DNA of 64,000 nucleotides from Vulcanimicrobiota bacterium (GTDB lineage: Bacteria > Vulcanimicrobiota > Vulcanimicrobiia > Vulcanimicrobiales > Vulcanimicrobiaceae): NCBI GenBank assembly GCA_963733295.1, contig CAVTCS010000003.1:928001-992000 (forward strand), read 5' to 3'. Position numbers and translations under genes: made by a program. This document shows, piece by piece, positions 1-9,680 of the stretch (the first letter of the stretch is position 1; every line of letters starts with the position of its first letter). The notes under the pieces are model-generated. The model saw nothing but the letters and a program-made list of their open reading frames with translations. It had not been told where the DNA came from and did not search any database.

Positions 1-896
1 CAGAAGGCGGTACGCTCGACGGCGGTCACCGTCCAGTCGAAGCGTCCCGCGTTGACCACCTCTCCGCAGTGAGCGCAGGCGCCGGTTTCGCTCAGCGCGA
101 GCGGAGCGCCGCAGTTCGGGCACTTCTGCGCGATCACGCCGCCCGAGACGACCGTCGCGAGACCCGCGGCCCGCCCGAAGTGCCACAGCTCGCCGAAGCG
201 CAGGTCGTCGCCGTCATCGGCCACGAGCGTCCCCGCTGTGTCGAAGACTTTTATGCGCGCGACGGCATCGATGTGAATTGCGAGCGCGTCGCCGGTCTCG
301 TCGTGCTGCGCGCTCGTGAGGTGGAGACCGCGAACGTTGAGGCTCTCGAAGAGGACGTGCTTGCCGGCGGCGTGCAGCGTTGCGAGTTCACCGGACCAGC
401 GCGCGAAGAGCGGAGGCGCGAGGTACGCGCGGCCGCCGGCCGCGTCACCTTTTTCGAAAGCCGCCTTGACCAAGTAGAACGTCATTTCGGCGCGTTGCAG
501 GAACGTCTCGAGTTCGAAGCCGGGATCCGCGCTCCGCAACGCCGCCAGCACGGCATCGAGGCTCGCGGGAGTTGCGCTTTGCGGCGTCGCGGGCGGCAGC
601 GGCGGACTCGGGGAAAATTCGTCTTCGGGAGGCGGCAACGCGGGACTGGCGATGAACGTCCGCAGCGCCCAGCGTGCGACGAGAAAGCAGACGAAGGTAA
701 TCGCAATGATGAGGACGATCGTGGTCAACGACGGAAAACCGCCGTACCAGGCGCCGGGATAATAACCCGAACCGGCGTGCGAGCCGCCGAAACCGCCGCC
801 GTGTCCGCCGCCTCCGCCGTGGCCGCCGCCCCCGCCATGTCCGCCGCCTCCGCCGCGGGCGATGACGAAGCTCGGAGTTAGAGTTTCGTCCCGCAC
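1..896 (-). CDS. Tim44-like domain membrane protein with Gly-rich N-terminus and C-terminal zinc ribbon (3' end runs off the window)
   Basis: Hand translation from GTG 896: RGGGGGHGGGGGH..., one TM helix, ADPGFELETFLQRAE...ELWHFGR, then CPNCGAPL...CAHCG. Absent from the ORF track because no stop lies in the window. Confidence 0.75.
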   Translation of the reverse strand, partial: MRDETLTPSFVIARGGGGGHGGGGGHGGGGGHGGGFGGSHAGSGYYPGAWYGGFPSLTTIVLIIAITFVCFLVARWALRTFIASPALPPPEDEFSPSPPLPPATPQSATPASLDAVLAALRSADPGFELETFLQRAEMTFYLVKAAFEKGDAAGGRAYLAPPLFARWSGELATLHAAGKHVLFESLNVRGLHLTSAQHDETGDALAIHIDAVARIKVFDTAGTLVADDGDDLRFGELWHFGRAAGLATVVSGGVIAQKCPNCGAPLALSETGACAHCGEVVNAGRFDWTVTAVERTAF

Positions 897-1969
897 GCCG
901 CGCAGAATTTGGAACCGGCCGGCGACTCGGCGCCGCACGCGCTACAGCGAAGCGGAGCGGGCGCCAGTGCGGCGCCGCAATTCGCGCAGAACTTCGCGCC
1001 CGCCGCTGCAACCGCGCCGCACTGCGGGCAGGCCACACCTTCGGGGGCCTTTGCCGGCGCGGGTTGCGCGGGTGCCGCGCCCGCAGGTGTGGCCGGCGTG
1101 GCCGCGGCTCCCGCAAACACGTTGGACAACCCGACACCGAGACCCAGCAGCGCGGCGTTCCCGGCTCCTTCGCCTTTGGCGGCGCCTTCGCCGATGCCGC
1201 GCAGCGCTTCGCCTGCGCCGTATTGCGTGAAGCTTCCGGCGAGCTTCGTATAGCTGACGTCGCGCCGGTAGTTCTTCAACGTCGCCGCGTCCTCGTCGCT
1301 GAGCGAGACCGTGAAATTGCCCATGCGTGCGATCGAGACGCCGTAGGGCGCGACGTTTTGCTGGACGGAAGCCAGCGTCGCCTGCTCGATCTCGCCGGTG
1401 TGCGTCGCGATGCCGAGGATCGCCCACTTGCCGTCGACGATCTGGCTGACGACCTCGGTGCGCAAAGATTTGAGGACCATCTCGCGCATCCAGTCGGTGA
1501 TTTCTTCGTTCGTCGACAGATTTTGAGAACCGACAAGGTTGACGATCAGCGCGCTCGCATCGACGATCTTGAGCGAGTAGTCGCCGAAAACTCGCAGGCC
1601 GACCGCGAGCGAGGTGTCGGGATCGAGCACGTTATCGACGACGCCGCCGAAGGGCAGGCTCGTGAATTCGCGCGTTCCGACGAAATAGAGCTCGCTCCGG
1701 AAAAGGTTGCCGCCGGTCGCGGCATCGACCAATATCCCGAGAAACGGAATCTGACTGCTGTCGAGCGTGTAGCGCCCCGGCGGGAACGTTCCGGCTACCT
1801 TACCGTCGCGGAAGAAGACCGCCGTCTCGTCGGCCTCGACCGTCAACTGGCTGAGCTTGCGAATCGTCGCGTTCGGCCACTTGTAGACGATTTGGTCCTT
1901 CGACGCGTCGGGACGTGCGATGAACTCGCCGCGAAGTTCGCCGAGCAATTTGTCTGCGAAAAAACCCAC
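878..1969 (-). CDS. SPFH-domain (YdjI/virion-core-like) protein with double zinc ribbon
   Basis: IVYKWP..SQLTVEADETAVFFRDG motif; C-terminal CPQC/CANC/CSAC/CAAC; GTG start at 1969 after GAGGAG. Confidence 0.8.
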   Translation of the reverse strand: MGFFADKLLGELRGEFIARPDASKDQIVYKWPNATIRKLSQLTVEADETAVFFRDGKVAGTFPPGRYTLDSSQIPFLGILVDAATGGNLFRSELYFVGTREFTSLPFGGVVDNVLDPDTSLAVGLRVFGDYSLKIVDASALIVNLVGSQNLSTNEEITDWMREMVLKSLRTEVVSQIVDGKWAILGIATHTGEIEQATLASVQQNVAPYGVSIARMGNFTVSLSDEDAATLKNYRRDVSYTKLAGSFTQYGAGEALRGIGEGAAKGEGAGNAALLGLGVGLSNVFAGAAATPATPAGAAPAQPAPAKAPEGVACPQCGAVAAAGAKFCANCGAALAPAPLRCSACGAESPAGSKFCAACGTKL

Positions 1970-2124
1970 GAGACCAGGCTCCTCTAGGAAGGCTCTACCG
2001 TCTCCCCTACCGCGAAAAGACGCTTCGGTTGCAGTCCGGCCCTTGCGAAATTCCGGGGCGTCCGGGCGGCACCTGGGAAGCGCGGCGAAGGCGCGGAGCG
2101 GCCGGGCGCACAAAGCACGCTGGA

Positions 2125-3429
2125 ATGTCTGCGCTCCTGGTCCTCGGCGGCCGCGTCGTCGATCCGTCGCAAGCCCTCGATGCCCGGCGCGACGTTTTGA
2201 TTCGGGACGGACGCATCGCCGAGATCGGCGAGCACCTGAGCGCCGACGGAGCGGAAACGCTCGATGCGCGGGAGGCCGTGGTGGTGCCGGGTTTCATCGA
2301 CATGCACGTGCACCTGCGCGAGCCCGGTCTGACCCACAAGGAAACGATCGCGACCGGCAGCGCGGCGGCGGTGGCCGGCGGCTTTACCGCGGTGGCCTGC
2401 ATGCCGAACACCGAACCGGCGCTCGATTCGCCCGCCCTGATCGCCGAAGTGCTGCGGCTTGCCGCCGCGGCCGGCCTGGCGCGCGTCTATCCGATCGGCG
2501 CGCTGACGCGCTCTCGCGCGGGAGTCGAGCTCGCGCCCTATTGGCAACTGCACGACGCCGGCGCCGTCGCCTTCAGCGACGACGGTTTCCCGGTCGACAA
2601 CCCGAGGGTTCTACGCCAAGCCGCGGCGTACGCGCGCGACGTACCGGGCGTCTTCATCTCGCACTGCGAGGATCGCCAGCTCGCCGAGCACTCCGTCATG
2701 AACGAAGGGACGGAGTCCTTGCGCCTGGGGCTCCACGGTGCGCCCGGTTTGGCCGAAGACGTACAGGTCGCGCGCGACCTGCTGGTAAGCGGTGAAACCG
2801 GGAAAGCCTTTCACATCGCGCACCTCTCGACGGCGACGAGCGTCGAACTGATCAAGTTCGCGCGCGCGCAGCGGTTCGCGGTCAGTTGCGAGGTGACGCC
2901 GCACCACTTGCTCTTGAGCGACGTACGCTTTGGCGGCTACCGCGCCGACGCGAAGGTGAACCCGCCGCTGCGGGCGGAGCGCGACGTGTCGGCCTTGCGC
3001 GCCGCGGTGCGCGACGGCACGATCGATGTCTTCGCGAGCGATCACGCGCCCCACATGCGTGAGGAGAAGGCCGGGCTTTTGGGCGACGCGCCGGCCGGTT
3101 TCTCCGGTCTCGAGACCGCGCTCGGCGCGTACGCGCTGGCACTGCCGGATCTGCCGCTCGCGCGTTTCGTCGAGATGCTCTCGCTCAACCCGGCGCGCAT
3201 CCTCGGCGTCGCGGGCGGAAGTCTGCGGGTCGGTTCGGTCGCCGACCTCACCGTATTTGCCGACCGCTCGTGGACGGTCGACACAGCGCGATTCTATTCG
3301 CTCGGGAAAAACTCGGCTTTCGACGGCGCAACGCTGCCGCGCCGCGCGCTCGCCACGGTCGTCGGCGGCGAGGTGCTGATGCGCGACGGAGTCGTACGCG
3401 GCGCCGGCGTCGCGGTGCGCGCCCGATGA
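2125..3429 (+). CDS. pyrC: dihydroorotase
   Basis: PGFIDMHVHLREPG, CMPNT, KVNPPLR and SDHAPH motifs; ATG 2125. Confidence 0.93.
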   Translation: MSALLVLGGRVVDPSQALDARRDVLIRDGRIAEIGEHLSADGAETLDAREAVVVPGFIDMHVHLREPGLTHKETIATGSAAAVAGGFTAVACMPNTEPALDSPALIAEVLRLAAAAGLARVYPIGALTRSRAGVELAPYWQLHDAGAVAFSDDGFPVDNPRVLRQAAAYARDVPGVFISHCEDRQLAEHSVMNEGTESLRLGLHGAPGLAEDVQVARDLLVSGETGKAFHIAHLSTATSVELIKFARAQRFAVSCEVTPHHLLLSDVRFGGYRADAKVNPPLRAERDVSALRAAVRDGTIDVFASDHAPHMREEKAGLLGDAPAGFSGLETALGAYALALPDLPLARFVEMLSLNPARILGVAGGSLRVGSVADLTVFADRSWTVDTARFYSLGKNSAFDGATLPRRALATVVGGEVLMRDGVVRGAGVAVRAR

Positions 3430-4508
3430 CGAAACCCGCGGCATTGCTGCTTGCCGACGGCACGCGATTCGACGGCGATGGAATCGGGCCGGACGCGGTG
3501 GCGCTGGGGGAAGCGGTTTTCTACACCGGGATGACCGGCTACGAAGAGGCCTTGACCGATCCGTCCTACGCAGGACAAATCCTGACGTTCACGTTCCCCG
3601 AGATCGGGAACTACGGCATCTCCGGCATCGCAGCGCAGCACCCGCACGCTTGCGTCGCGGGGGCGGTGATGAAGCACATCTCGCGCCATCCCTCGCATCA
3701 CGCCTCGAAGTCCGACCTTCCCTCGTGGCTTGCGGCAGAAGGCGTGCCTACTCTCACCGGAATCGATACCCGCCGTTTGACGACGGTCTTGCGCGAACAC
3801 GGAACGATTCGCGCCGGCCTCGCGGTCGGCGAAGAAGCTCTAGCGCGTCTCGAGCCGGCGCTCGTTCCCTACGCTCGCGAGACGTCGACGGTGGGACTCG
3901 TCGCACAAGTAGCCGCGCGCGAGATCGCGCACCTGGGCCGCGATGCGCCGGGTCCCCACATCGTGCTCATCGACTGTGGCGTGAAGCGCGCGATCCTGCG
4001 CAATCTCGGCGCGCTCGGCGCGCGCGTCACCGTCGTACCGTACACGAGCGATGCGGCGGAAATCCGGGCGCTCGCGCCGGACGCGGTCGTCATTTCGCCT
4101 GGCCCCGGCGATCCCGTCGACGTGCCCGAAACGATCGAGACGCTGCGCGGGCTGATGGGAAGTATGCCGATGTTCGGCGTGTGCCTCGGGCACCAGCTCC
4201 TGGCGCTCGCTTGCGGCGCCCGGACGTACAAGTTGCCCTACGGCCATCGGGGTGGAAATCAACCGGTCAAAGACCTGGTGCGCGACGCGGTACTTATCAC
4301 CGCTCACAATCACGGCTATGCGGTAGCGGGTGAGTCGCTGCCGGCCGAATTGGAAGCGACGATGGTCAACCTCAACGATGGAACCAACGAAGGGTTCCGT
4401 CACCGCGAGCTTCCGATCGCAGCCGTTCAATTTCATCCCGAAGCGTCGCCCGGACCGTTCGACGCTCGTTTCTTGTTCGCCGAGTGGCTTTCATCGCTCG
4501 CCTCTTGA
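3426..4508 (+). CDS. carA: carbamoyl-phosphate synthase small subunit
   Basis: GEAVFYTGMTGYEEALTDPSY, GVCLGHQ, QFHPEASPGP. Confidence 0.95.
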   Translation: MTKPAALLLADGTRFDGDGIGPDAVALGEAVFYTGMTGYEEALTDPSYAGQILTFTFPEIGNYGISGIAAQHPHACVAGAVMKHISRHPSHHASKSDLPSWLAAEGVPTLTGIDTRRLTTVLREHGTIRAGLAVGEEALARLEPALVPYARETSTVGLVAQVAAREIAHLGRDAPGPHIVLIDCGVKRAILRNLGALGARVTVVPYTSDAAEIRALAPDAVVISPGPGDPVDVPETIETLRGLMGSMPMFGVCLGHQLLALACGARTYKLPYGHRGGNQPVKDLVRDAVLITAHNHGYAVAGESLPAELEATMVNLNDGTNEGFRHRELPIAAVQFHPEASPGPFDARFLFAEWLSSLAS

Positions 4509-5356
4509 GCGCGGTCCTTGCGTTCGCGCTCGCAGCGGCGCCGGGTTTCGCGCTGGCTCAGTCGCTCGCGCGGCTCCACGTCCGTTCCTTCGAGATGACC
4601 GCCGATCGCTCCGACGTGAGGGTCGGCGAGACGGTGCACCTCCGCATCACCGCGCTCTTGGGTGGACGGATCGACCGTCTGAACAACGTCACGCTGCCGG
4701 ACTTGTCGGGATTCGACTTGCTCGGCGACGAGCGGAGTTGCTATCCCGATACCGACGGCGGGACGCGCTGCGTCGAGGTGATGGCGATCTCGCCCCAGCA
4801 GACCGGTGACTTGACGATCGCGCCGGCCACGCTCGATGCGATCGACGCGCGCACCGGGAAAGCCAGCCGTTTCGCCACCGGCAACATTACGATCCGAGTC
4901 GAGGCCGACCCCGACACCTGGCTCTCGTCTTGGCTCTCGGCGGTCGGCAGCGTGTTCTGGCCCCTGCTGCGTTTGGCCGGGATCGTGGTGCTGGCAGCTC
5001 TCGCGCTCGGTGCGATCGCGTGGGCCTTCGGTCGTCCGCGCGCCGCCCCCGCACCGCTTGCAGCGACTCCAGCCGTCGCGGCGGCGCAACCTCCGGCGAG
5101 CGACGATTTCGGCTTGCTGATCGCGCGGCTCGCAGCCGAGCCGACGCGTGCGAACGTCGTGGCCGTTCGCGAGGCCCTGTGGCGCCGTATCGGCGCGCAT
5201 CCCGACGAAACGTTCGGAGATCTGCTAGCGCGCAAAGCGCACGGTGAGGACCGCGAACTGCTGGCGACGATGCGCGCGATCGAGCGCGCCGCGTTCTGCG
5301 AACAGGAACGGCTGGTGGAGGCAATCCAGGACGCTTTGCGGGCGCTGCATCGTTGA
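4484..5356 (+). CDS. BatD-like secreted/membrane protein
   Basis: Signal peptide, Ig-like segment (VRVGETVHLRI..PQQTGDLTIAPATL), TM helix; adjacent to MoxR. Confidence 0.55.
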   Translation: MAFIARLLSAVLAFALAAAPGFALAQSLARLHVRSFEMTADRSDVRVGETVHLRITALLGGRIDRLNNVTLPDLSGFDLLGDERSCYPDTDGGTRCVEVMAISPQQTGDLTIAPATLDAIDARTGKASRFATGNITIRVEADPDTWLSSWLSAVGSVFWPLLRLAGIVVLAALALGAIAWAFGRPRAAPAPLAATPAVAAAQPPASDDFGLLIARLAAEPTRANVVAVREALWRRIGAHPDETFGDLLARKAHGEDRELLATMRAIERAAFCEQERLVEAIQDALRALHR

Positions 5357-6270
5357 CTCCGCGCACGTTGCTCGACGCGCTTTCGGCTACCGTCGTCGGA
5401 CAGCGTGTCGTCCTCGAAGGCATTCTCTACTCGCTGATCGCGGGCGGACACGTTCTGCTCGAGGGTCCGCCTGGACTTGCGAAGACGCTCGCCTGCCGTG
5501 CCCTCGCCAGCGCCGTCGGCGGAACGTTCAAGCGCGTTCAATTCACGCCGGACCTCTTGCCGAGCGACATCGTCGGCACGCGCATCTTCGACCAGAGCAC
5601 GGGACACTTCGCAACGGCCCTCGGTCCGATTTTCGCGAACATCGTGCTGGCTGACGAGATCAATCGGGCGCCCGCCAAGGTTCAGTCCGCGCTTCTCGAG
5701 GGAATGCAGGAACGTCAGGTGACGATCGGTCCCGAAACGCACGCTCTTCCCGACCCGTTTGTGGTAACGGCAACCATGAACCCGCTCGACTCCGAGGGAA
5801 CCTACGCCTTGCCGCTCGCACAGATGGATCGCTTTCTCGTGAAACTCGTCGTGGACTACCCACCCCCCGAGGACGAACTGCGCATTCTCGAACGTTTCGG
5901 CGGCGAGCCGCCCGAGATGCCGCGCGACGTCGTGACCGCTGCCGACGTCGTGCGCTGGCGCCACATGGCGCGCGCGATCTTCATCGAACCGCGTCTCTCG
6001 CGCTACATCGTCGCGCTCGTCGGCACGACCCGCGCACCGCACCAGTACATCGATCGCGGCGCGAGCCCGCGCGCGACTCTGGCGATGGCCGCGCTCGCGC
6101 GCGCGCGAGCCTTGACCGACGGACGAACTTTCGTCGTGCCGGACGACGTGCGAGCGAGCGCACCCGACGTGCTGCGGCATCGCATCGCTTTCAACTATCG
6201 AACGATTACCGAAAAGGTGAATTCGGAGGAGCTCGTCGCGAGCCTGATCGGCGCAGTGCCGCCGCCGTGA
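5353..6270 (+). CDS. MoxR family AAA+ ATPase
   Basis: GHVLLEGPPGLAKT, RVQFTPDLLPSDI, DEINRAPAKVQSALLE, AQMDRF. Confidence 0.93.
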   Translation: MTPRTLLDALSATVVGQRVVLEGILYSLIAGGHVLLEGPPGLAKTLACRALASAVGGTFKRVQFTPDLLPSDIVGTRIFDQSTGHFATALGPIFANIVLADEINRAPAKVQSALLEGMQERQVTIGPETHALPDPFVVTATMNPLDSEGTYALPLAQMDRFLVKLVVDYPPPEDELRILERFGGEPPEMPRDVVTAADVVRWRHMARAIFIEPRLSRYIVALVGTTRAPHQYIDRGASPRATLAMAALARARALTDGRTFVVPDDVRASAPDVLRHRIAFNYRTITEKVNSEELVASLIGAVPPP

Positions 6271-7166
6271 TCTCGCGTGCGCTCTTCGTGAGCAGCGCTT
6301 TCGGGGCGCTGCTAGCCGCAGCACCCAAGGCGTCTCCGACGCCCGCGCCGCCTTCCGATCCGAAAGCCGAGGAGATCTTCGCAAAAGCCAAGTCGGCTTG
6401 GAGCGCACAGGCGAGCAAATTGCCGGCCTTCATCAACTACGGCGCGCTGCTTCGCTACGGTTATCACAATCATGTGTTCGACAATTGGTGGGACGCGTAC
6501 TACCGCTCGAGCGACGGTGCCTTCGCGTTACACCGTTTGACCGATGAAGAAGAGGACCGCCGCCGGCTATCGGGCGTCCCGTTCAGCATCTTCTCGTTCA
6601 AGGTCTTCGACACGAACCCAATTGCCGAACCGATCCGCTTGAACGAACCCTACATCTCGCCGATCGATTCGTTCGGATTGTTGTCGCGCAACGGGCCTAG
6701 CCGCAGTGCGTCCGGGCAACCGAATCCGAGTCCGGAGGCTACGCTCGAAGCCACGCCGCTGGGCACGCCGATGCGAGAGCTCGTCGTCGTCGAAGCCGTG
6801 GCACGCGACTACCGCATCGTGCTGGCGGGTGTCGAACAGCTCCAGTACGGCGAAGCCTACCACCTCGTGCTGACGCCGTTGCACGATCCCGCGCTGTATC
6901 GCCTGCGAGATCTTTGGATCGATACCACGAGCTACGTCACGCTGCGCACCAGCGTTCAGGGGTTGCTCGACGGAAAGCCCTACGACGCAGTCCGTTGGAC
7001 GATCGCCTACGTGCCGATCGACGGACTCTATTACCTCCAACAGATCAGGAGCGACGAGCCGCTGCGTTTCGGTATGGATACCATCATCCCGGCGATGGAG
7101 ATCGACTTCGTCGACTACCATTTTCCGGCCAGCATGCCGGCGATCGAGTTTCAGCACCTTTTGTGA
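6267..7166 (+). CDS. hypothetical secreted protein
   Basis: Signal-like N-terminus and Pro linker; start and stop overlap both neighbours. Confidence 0.7.
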   Translation: MISRALFVSSAFGALLAAAPKASPTPAPPSDPKAEEIFAKAKSAWSAQASKLPAFINYGALLRYGYHNHVFDNWWDAYYRSSDGAFALHRLTDEEEDRRRLSGVPFSIFSFKVFDTNPIAEPIRLNEPYISPIDSFGLLSRNGPSRSASGQPNPSPEATLEATPLGTPMRELVVVEAVARDYRIVLAGVEQLQYGEAYHLVLTPLHDPALYRLRDLWIDTTSYVTLRTSVQGLLDGKPYDAVRWTIAYVPIDGLYYLQQIRSDEPLRFGMDTIIPAMEIDFVDYHFPASMPAIEFQHLL

Positions 7167-9535
7167 AAAAAAAACCGGCAGGACTGCGGGGCAGGCGGCT
7201 TGCCCTGCGGGTCGTCTGGCTCTTGTTGCTGGCGCTCTCCCCGATAGTCATCATTGCGTTGGGCTTTTTCTTGTACGTGCAAGCCGGGGTCGGTGCGGGT
7301 GCGGTCGAGCCGGCCGGCACGCTCGGCGGTTTGCCACTGCGCGCGCCGGTTCGCGTCGCGCGCGACGCCCGCGGGATCCCGCACGTTCGCGCGCAGAACG
7401 AGCACGACTTATATTTTGCGGAAGGCTACCTGCAAGGGACCGACCGGCTTTTTCAACTCGACCTGTATCGGCGGCTGGTCGCAGGGCGCCTGAGCGAGAT
7501 CTTCGGGGCGGCCGCGCTCGACAACGATCTCGCCGCGCGAACGTACGACGTGAAGGGTTTGATCGCCGAGCAAGAGCGCGCGCTTTCGCCGGACGAACGG
7601 GTGCTTCTTCAAGCCTTCAGCGCTGGAATCAACGCCGCCATTCGCACGCGCCCGTTGCCGCCGGAGTTCCGGGCACTCGGCTATAGGCCGGAACCCTGGT
7701 CGAGTACCGATAGTCTCCTTGCGTCGTTTTCGACGGTGCTGGCGCTGACCGACAGCTGGGATGACGTCCTGGTGCGCTCGGACGTTGCGGATGCACTCGG
7801 TCAAAAAGGCACCGACGCCTTTTTCCCGATCACCGATCCCCAGTACGATTCGCCGACGACTTCGCGCGAGCGTGCGCCGGTGGCGCCGCTTCCGCCGCTC
7901 TCGGTCGTCTACCCGGCACCCTCGCCGGTTGCCTACGACGATGGCCGCGACCGCGCCGGCTCGGGCAGCAACGAGTTCGTGGCCGGCGCCGGCCTGACCA
8001 CGACGCACCGCGCGCTCCTGGGTAACGATCCGCACTTGAGTTTGCGCATGCCCGGCATCTGGTATCTCGCCGATCTGGGCGCACCCGGCATCCACGTGGC
8101 GGGCGCGACGCTGGTCGGCGCACCGGGCATCATCCTCGGACACACGCAACACGTCGCATGGGGTGCGACGAACGGCAGCGTCGCAACGGTCGAGATTTAT
8201 CGCGAAAGATTCCGAAGCGATACGTCGGACGAATACCTCGACGGAAACGTCTGGACGAAGGCGACACACCGCAGCGAGAAGTTCCTCGTTCGCTGGGGTC
8301 AGCCGGTCGTCCGCGACTACCTGCGCACGCGGCACGGTTTCGTTTTCGCGACGCGCGGCGAGGTTCGCTTCGCGGCGGCGTGGAGCGCCGACCTCGACCA
8401 CCGCTCGGCCCTCACCTCGTTCGCGGAGCTCGATCGCGCGGCAAGCGTGGCGGACGTCCAGCGCGCCCTCGAGAGCTATCCGGGACCGCCGCAAAACTTC
8501 GTGTTCGCCGACGACAGCGGGAAGGCTGGCTACGTGCTGGCCGGCGCAATTCCGCTCGATCCGCTCTGGGCGTTGCGGGCGCACGACGGTCCACGCAGTG
8601 GAGCGCCGATCGAGCAGGACGTCCCGTTCTCGCAGCTGCCGCAGGTTGCGGCCTCGCGCTCGACCGTCGCTTTCACTGCGAACGACCGCGTCTACGGACG
8701 AGGCTACCCGTACCGTTTAACGGCCTACTTCGAGGCGCCGTACCGGGCCGCGAGCATCGCGCGGCACCTTGCCACGCGGCCCTATTCGCCGGGGGCCTTT
8801 TCGGCGATTCAAGCCGACGTGCGTTCCTTTCCCGAGCGCGACTTAGCGGCGGCAACCGTCGCGGCGGTCGGCCGGACGGGCACGGGAAGCGATCCCGACA
8901 TGAAAGCAGCGGCCACCGAACTGGCCGGCTTCGACGGACGCTTCGTCGAGAGCTCGCGCGGCGCGCTCTACGCCTGGCAACTGCGTCGCTCGGCGAATGC
9001 ACGGCTGATCGGGCTGCACCTTGCGCCGGAGCTTGCAGCTCGCTACCTGCAGAGCCACAGCGGCCTGGCGGTCGTGGTGCTGCTTCGCGCGCTGCGCGAG
9101 CGGCCCCACGGTTGGGTTCCGGCCGACGACTACGACGCGTTCTTGCTGGGGGCGTTACACGACGCGGTGGCTGAGCTGCGAGCGACGGGCGAACTTGGAA
9201 AGACCTGGGGAGAGGCCGGACGGCGCGTCGCGCATCACCCGCTCGCCGGTTTCGGTTGGCACGGCTGGGACGGGACGCCGTTCCCGGGACGCGGTTCCGC
9301 CTATTCGCCGCACGTTATGGGCCTCGATGTGACGCAAAGCTTCCGGGCCGTCTGGGACGTCGGCAACTGGGAAGCCGGAGGCATCGTCATCCCGCAGGGC
9401 GAGTCCGGCGAGCCAGGCTCGGTTCACTACCGCGATCTCGCACCCGCCTGGCTCGCCGAAAAACTCGTTGCGTTCCCTTTCGACGATCCCGCGGTCGCAC
9501 TCCAGACCGCGAGCACGTTCCAACTCACCCCCTAG
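7163..9535 (+). CDS. penicillin acylase family (Ntn hydrolase)
   Basis: RDARGIPHV, DRLFQLDLYRR, GSGSNEF autoprocessing site, LGNDPHL, QGESGEPGSVHYRD; GTG 7163. Confidence 0.9.
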   Translation: MKKKPAGLRGRRLALRVVWLLLLALSPIVIIALGFFLYVQAGVGAGAVEPAGTLGGLPLRAPVRVARDARGIPHVRAQNEHDLYFAEGYLQGTDRLFQLDLYRRLVAGRLSEIFGAAALDNDLAARTYDVKGLIAEQERALSPDERVLLQAFSAGINAAIRTRPLPPEFRALGYRPEPWSSTDSLLASFSTVLALTDSWDDVLVRSDVADALGQKGTDAFFPITDPQYDSPTTSRERAPVAPLPPLSVVYPAPSPVAYDDGRDRAGSGSNEFVAGAGLTTTHRALLGNDPHLSLRMPGIWYLADLGAPGIHVAGATLVGAPGIILGHTQHVAWGATNGSVATVEIYRERFRSDTSDEYLDGNVWTKATHRSEKFLVRWGQPVVRDYLRTRHGFVFATRGEVRFAAAWSADLDHRSALTSFAELDRAASVADVQRALESYPGPPQNFVFADDSGKAGYVLAGAIPLDPLWALRAHDGPRSGAPIEQDVPFSQLPQVAASRSTVAFTANDRVYGRGYPYRLTAYFEAPYRAASIARHLATRPYSPGAFSAIQADVRSFPERDLAAATVAAVGRTGTGSDPDMKAAATELAGFDGRFVESSRGALYAWQLRRSANARLIGLHLAPELAARYLQSHSGLAVVVLLRALRERPHGWVPADDYDAFLLGALHDAVAELRATGELGKTWGEAGRRVAHHPLAGFGWHGWDGTPFPGRGSAYSPHVMGLDVTQSFRAVWDVGNWEAGGIVIPQGESGEPGSVHYRDLAPAWLAEKLVAFPFDDPAVALQTASTFQLTP

Positions 9536-9680
9536 AAACGGAGCGTGAGTTTACACGCGCGTTGTGAGCTGAGAAACCTTTTGTCATCCTCTCGCGGAGC
9601 GCTGCGAGGAAAGAACTGCGGAGCTCTTCGGGGCGGTTCGAGGTGAAATAAGCCACGAGGCGCAACCAAAATATCAGCTC

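Noticed and set aside
1970..2124. PyrR attenuator upstream of pyrC
   Set aside because: No AGUCC-AGAGAGGCU-like motif or U-tailed terminator is visible.
7166..7174. A9 run as a phase-variation or frameshift site
   Set aside because: The acylase reads in frame from GTG 7163 (MKKKP), a normal basic N-terminus. One sequence gives no evidence of slippage.
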